NCBI GenBank assembly: GCA_028534125.1
Contig: CM052832.1
Location: 24,802,001-24,866,000, forward strand
Length of the DNA stretch: 64,000 bases
Direction: 5' to 3'
DNA from: Lama glama
Taxonomy: Eukaryota
This document shows, piece after piece, positions 61,851 to 64,000 of this stretch. The notes under the pieces are model-generated. The model worked only from the letters and a program-made list of their open reading frames with translations. It searched no databases and had not been told where the DNA came from. How positions within the stretch are numbered: the first letter of the stretch is position 1; each line of letters opens with the position of its first letter. Position numbers and translations under genes: made by a program.

Positions 61851-64000
61851 CATCCCTAATTAAGTGACCAGAACAGGAGCCCAGGAAGACCCTCCACTGA
61901 AGGCATTCACAGATAGCTTATTTTTTCCATGGCTAGAGAATGAAATTCAGTGAGGATGTGAGGTGCTATAAGAGAACCACTGCTAAGACTCCCCACCAGG
62001 TACTGTGCCCATAATCATTTGATAAGGTTTCTATCCAATTATTTATCTACAAATATGAATAATGCCTAATTAAATAGTACTTGATTAAATTTGATTAGCA
62101 GAAAAAAGTTACTCATAAAAATTTGTAAGAAACCTCCCAGTAACTCTATTCACTCACACGAGACCCTCCCAGAAATAACATTTTTCTCTTACTGTTTCAT
62201 TCAGGTGATTTGAAATAAAGCCCAATTTTTTTTTAACAAGCTGATTGATAAACAATTTTGTTGCAAGATCAAATTTCTCAGGCCACAAACTCAGAAGTGC
62301 CAAACGTGGAGCATTCTTTGTTCTTTCATAACTCTACTTAGTTTTTGTCTTGAGCCTGAAGTTTCCTGGTGGGAGAAATGGCTTGGTAAGTCAGAGTTCT
62401 CTGAGTCATTTCGACTTTAAACTCTGTCAGCTCAGAACTTGCACCTCCATCTTTTCGTGGTGCCGTCTGAATTCTGAGACCATTATGGAAAGGCGAGGCA
62501 TTGAGGGGGTCAGTGGACCCTGTCGACCGGCTTGGGTACATGCAGCATGTATTCCCTTGTCCTTAGTGCACTGGCCCCAAGTCCTCTGTCACTCAGCTAC
62601 ATCCTTTGTGACCTCTGAGAAAACATTGCAGCCCCTGTGCCCCATAGGTCTCCAGGGGGCTTATGTGGGAGCACCTTGGGCCCATCTCTCAAGGTGTCCC
62701 ATGCTGTCATCTCTCTCTCCTATGTCACAGCGAAACAGGAGGCACCATGGGTGCCTACCACCACTCAGAGCCCCAAGGGAAATTCAGGGCACAAAATGCT
62801 CAAATTGATGTAGGGGATCCATGTCCCCCTGCCTTCCAAACTGGGCCAGAGTTAGCCGGGTGCAGACCCCATCACTGCTTCTCTCTTATTCTCCCTGATG
62901 TTCCTTGTCGCCTTGTCCCCAGACAGAACTGAAACTTAAGAGCTGAGCACATTGGCTCTTATGTCATAGGATCAGGCATTTTCTCCAAATCTGTTGCTTA
63001 TGGCAGAAACACTTGCTTTTAATACCCAGGAGCCAGGCACAGAGACACAAAAGCCCTTTCTGACAACCTCTTATATCTGCTGGGAGTTCGAAAATCTGTT
63101 TTGAACTCAAAGGCTGAAAAATCTTATTCTAAATTATTCTGCTGTGGCCGTCCCTTCTTGAAGCTGTAAACCCTGAAAATATGACCCTCTGTAATCCTGG
63201 GGAGAGAAAAGCAAGGTTATCCCATAAATAACCGGGCAGAAGACGCTGTACCTGAATCCAGTCTCCATGCACCTGAGCCTCCAGGGGTCTGAGCCTCTAG
63301 GTCCTGGAGTCCCCAGCTTTCCCAGCCTCCCCTCAACAGCTGTCCCCCAAACTCAGGCTCTGGGTTCAGCAGCATGTCCATGGGGTAGGAGTGGTATCAC
63401 ATTGTATCCAGGTGTGCCCCAGCCCAAGTATGCTGGTCCTCAGGATGCTGAGAGAACAGGAGCACACATCCACCTGGGGACCTGTCTGCCCATGAGTTCT
63501 AATCATGCACTGAAGCCCCGAGGCCCCGCTGCCTGGTAACTTCATGACATCGCTGCTTCTACATGCTAAGAGGTAAACCCTCCACCAATACTCTCACCAG
63601 ATCATCATTAGCTCATGATTATATGAAGACCATTTTAACCACTGGGCTTGTGGACCAAAGCTGGGAGCCAAAATTGAGTTATAGTTTGTGCTGAGAGGCA
63701 TCCAAGCTCTTCAAGGGACCTAGATTACATGTTATGCCAGGTACAGATGGCTCTGCTCCATCCTTCTCATAGAACCTTTGCCTTTTAAAAGGGCACAGAT
63801 GTATCAGGAATCAAGACTATATTGTCCTACCTCCCTTGTGGTTCCAGATGTAACCAAGTAATTAAGTGTTGGTCAAAGAAACGTTAATACAAAAGTGTAG
63901 CAACTGCAGTGGAACCGCCTAGAAAGGTAGTTGGCACGCATTCGTTACATCACCCTGCCACCTGCCACCGAAGTGAGGTTGTGATCACTTTTGCACCACG

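Noticed and set aside
62350..62808. 152-aa ORF
   Set aside because: Non-ATG start, no recognisable domain, overlapping ORFs on both strands; consistent with chance in GC-richer DNA.
1..64000. Prokaryotic-type systems (operons, CRISPR, defence islands) or an identifiable host gene
   Set aside because: The sequence is repeat-rich mammalian non-coding DNA. No gene could be named without a genome search.

Overview
Mammalian nuclear DNA, most likely a camelid (alpaca/llama/camel): it has a Vic-1-like tRNA-derived SINE and cetartiodactyl-type L1 3' ends, and I saw no Alu, Bov-A/Bov-tA or PRE1 SINEs. I recognise no protein-coding exon, RNA gene or processed pseudogene. The ORF track is explained by repeats, chance and two 500-N gaps. 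The window looks intergenic or deep-intronic: eutherian repeats (MIR, L2, L1, MaLR/ERV LTRs, hAT and Tigger transposons, an ERV-L reverse-transcriptase fossil) plus a few repeat-free, motif-dense blocks that may be conserved enhancers. The most notable observations are (1) a 130-bp, ungapped, 119/130-identical inverted duplication (11367-11496 vs 21144-21273) about 9.6 kb apart, and (2) between its copies, a CpG-rich probable solo LTR (about 18550-19079, minus strand) with YY1, GC-box and TATA elements but a non-canonical polyadenylation hexamer. Repeat family names come from recall of consensus sequences, not from a search, and most boundaries are approximate. I found no evidence for a new multi-gene biological system.
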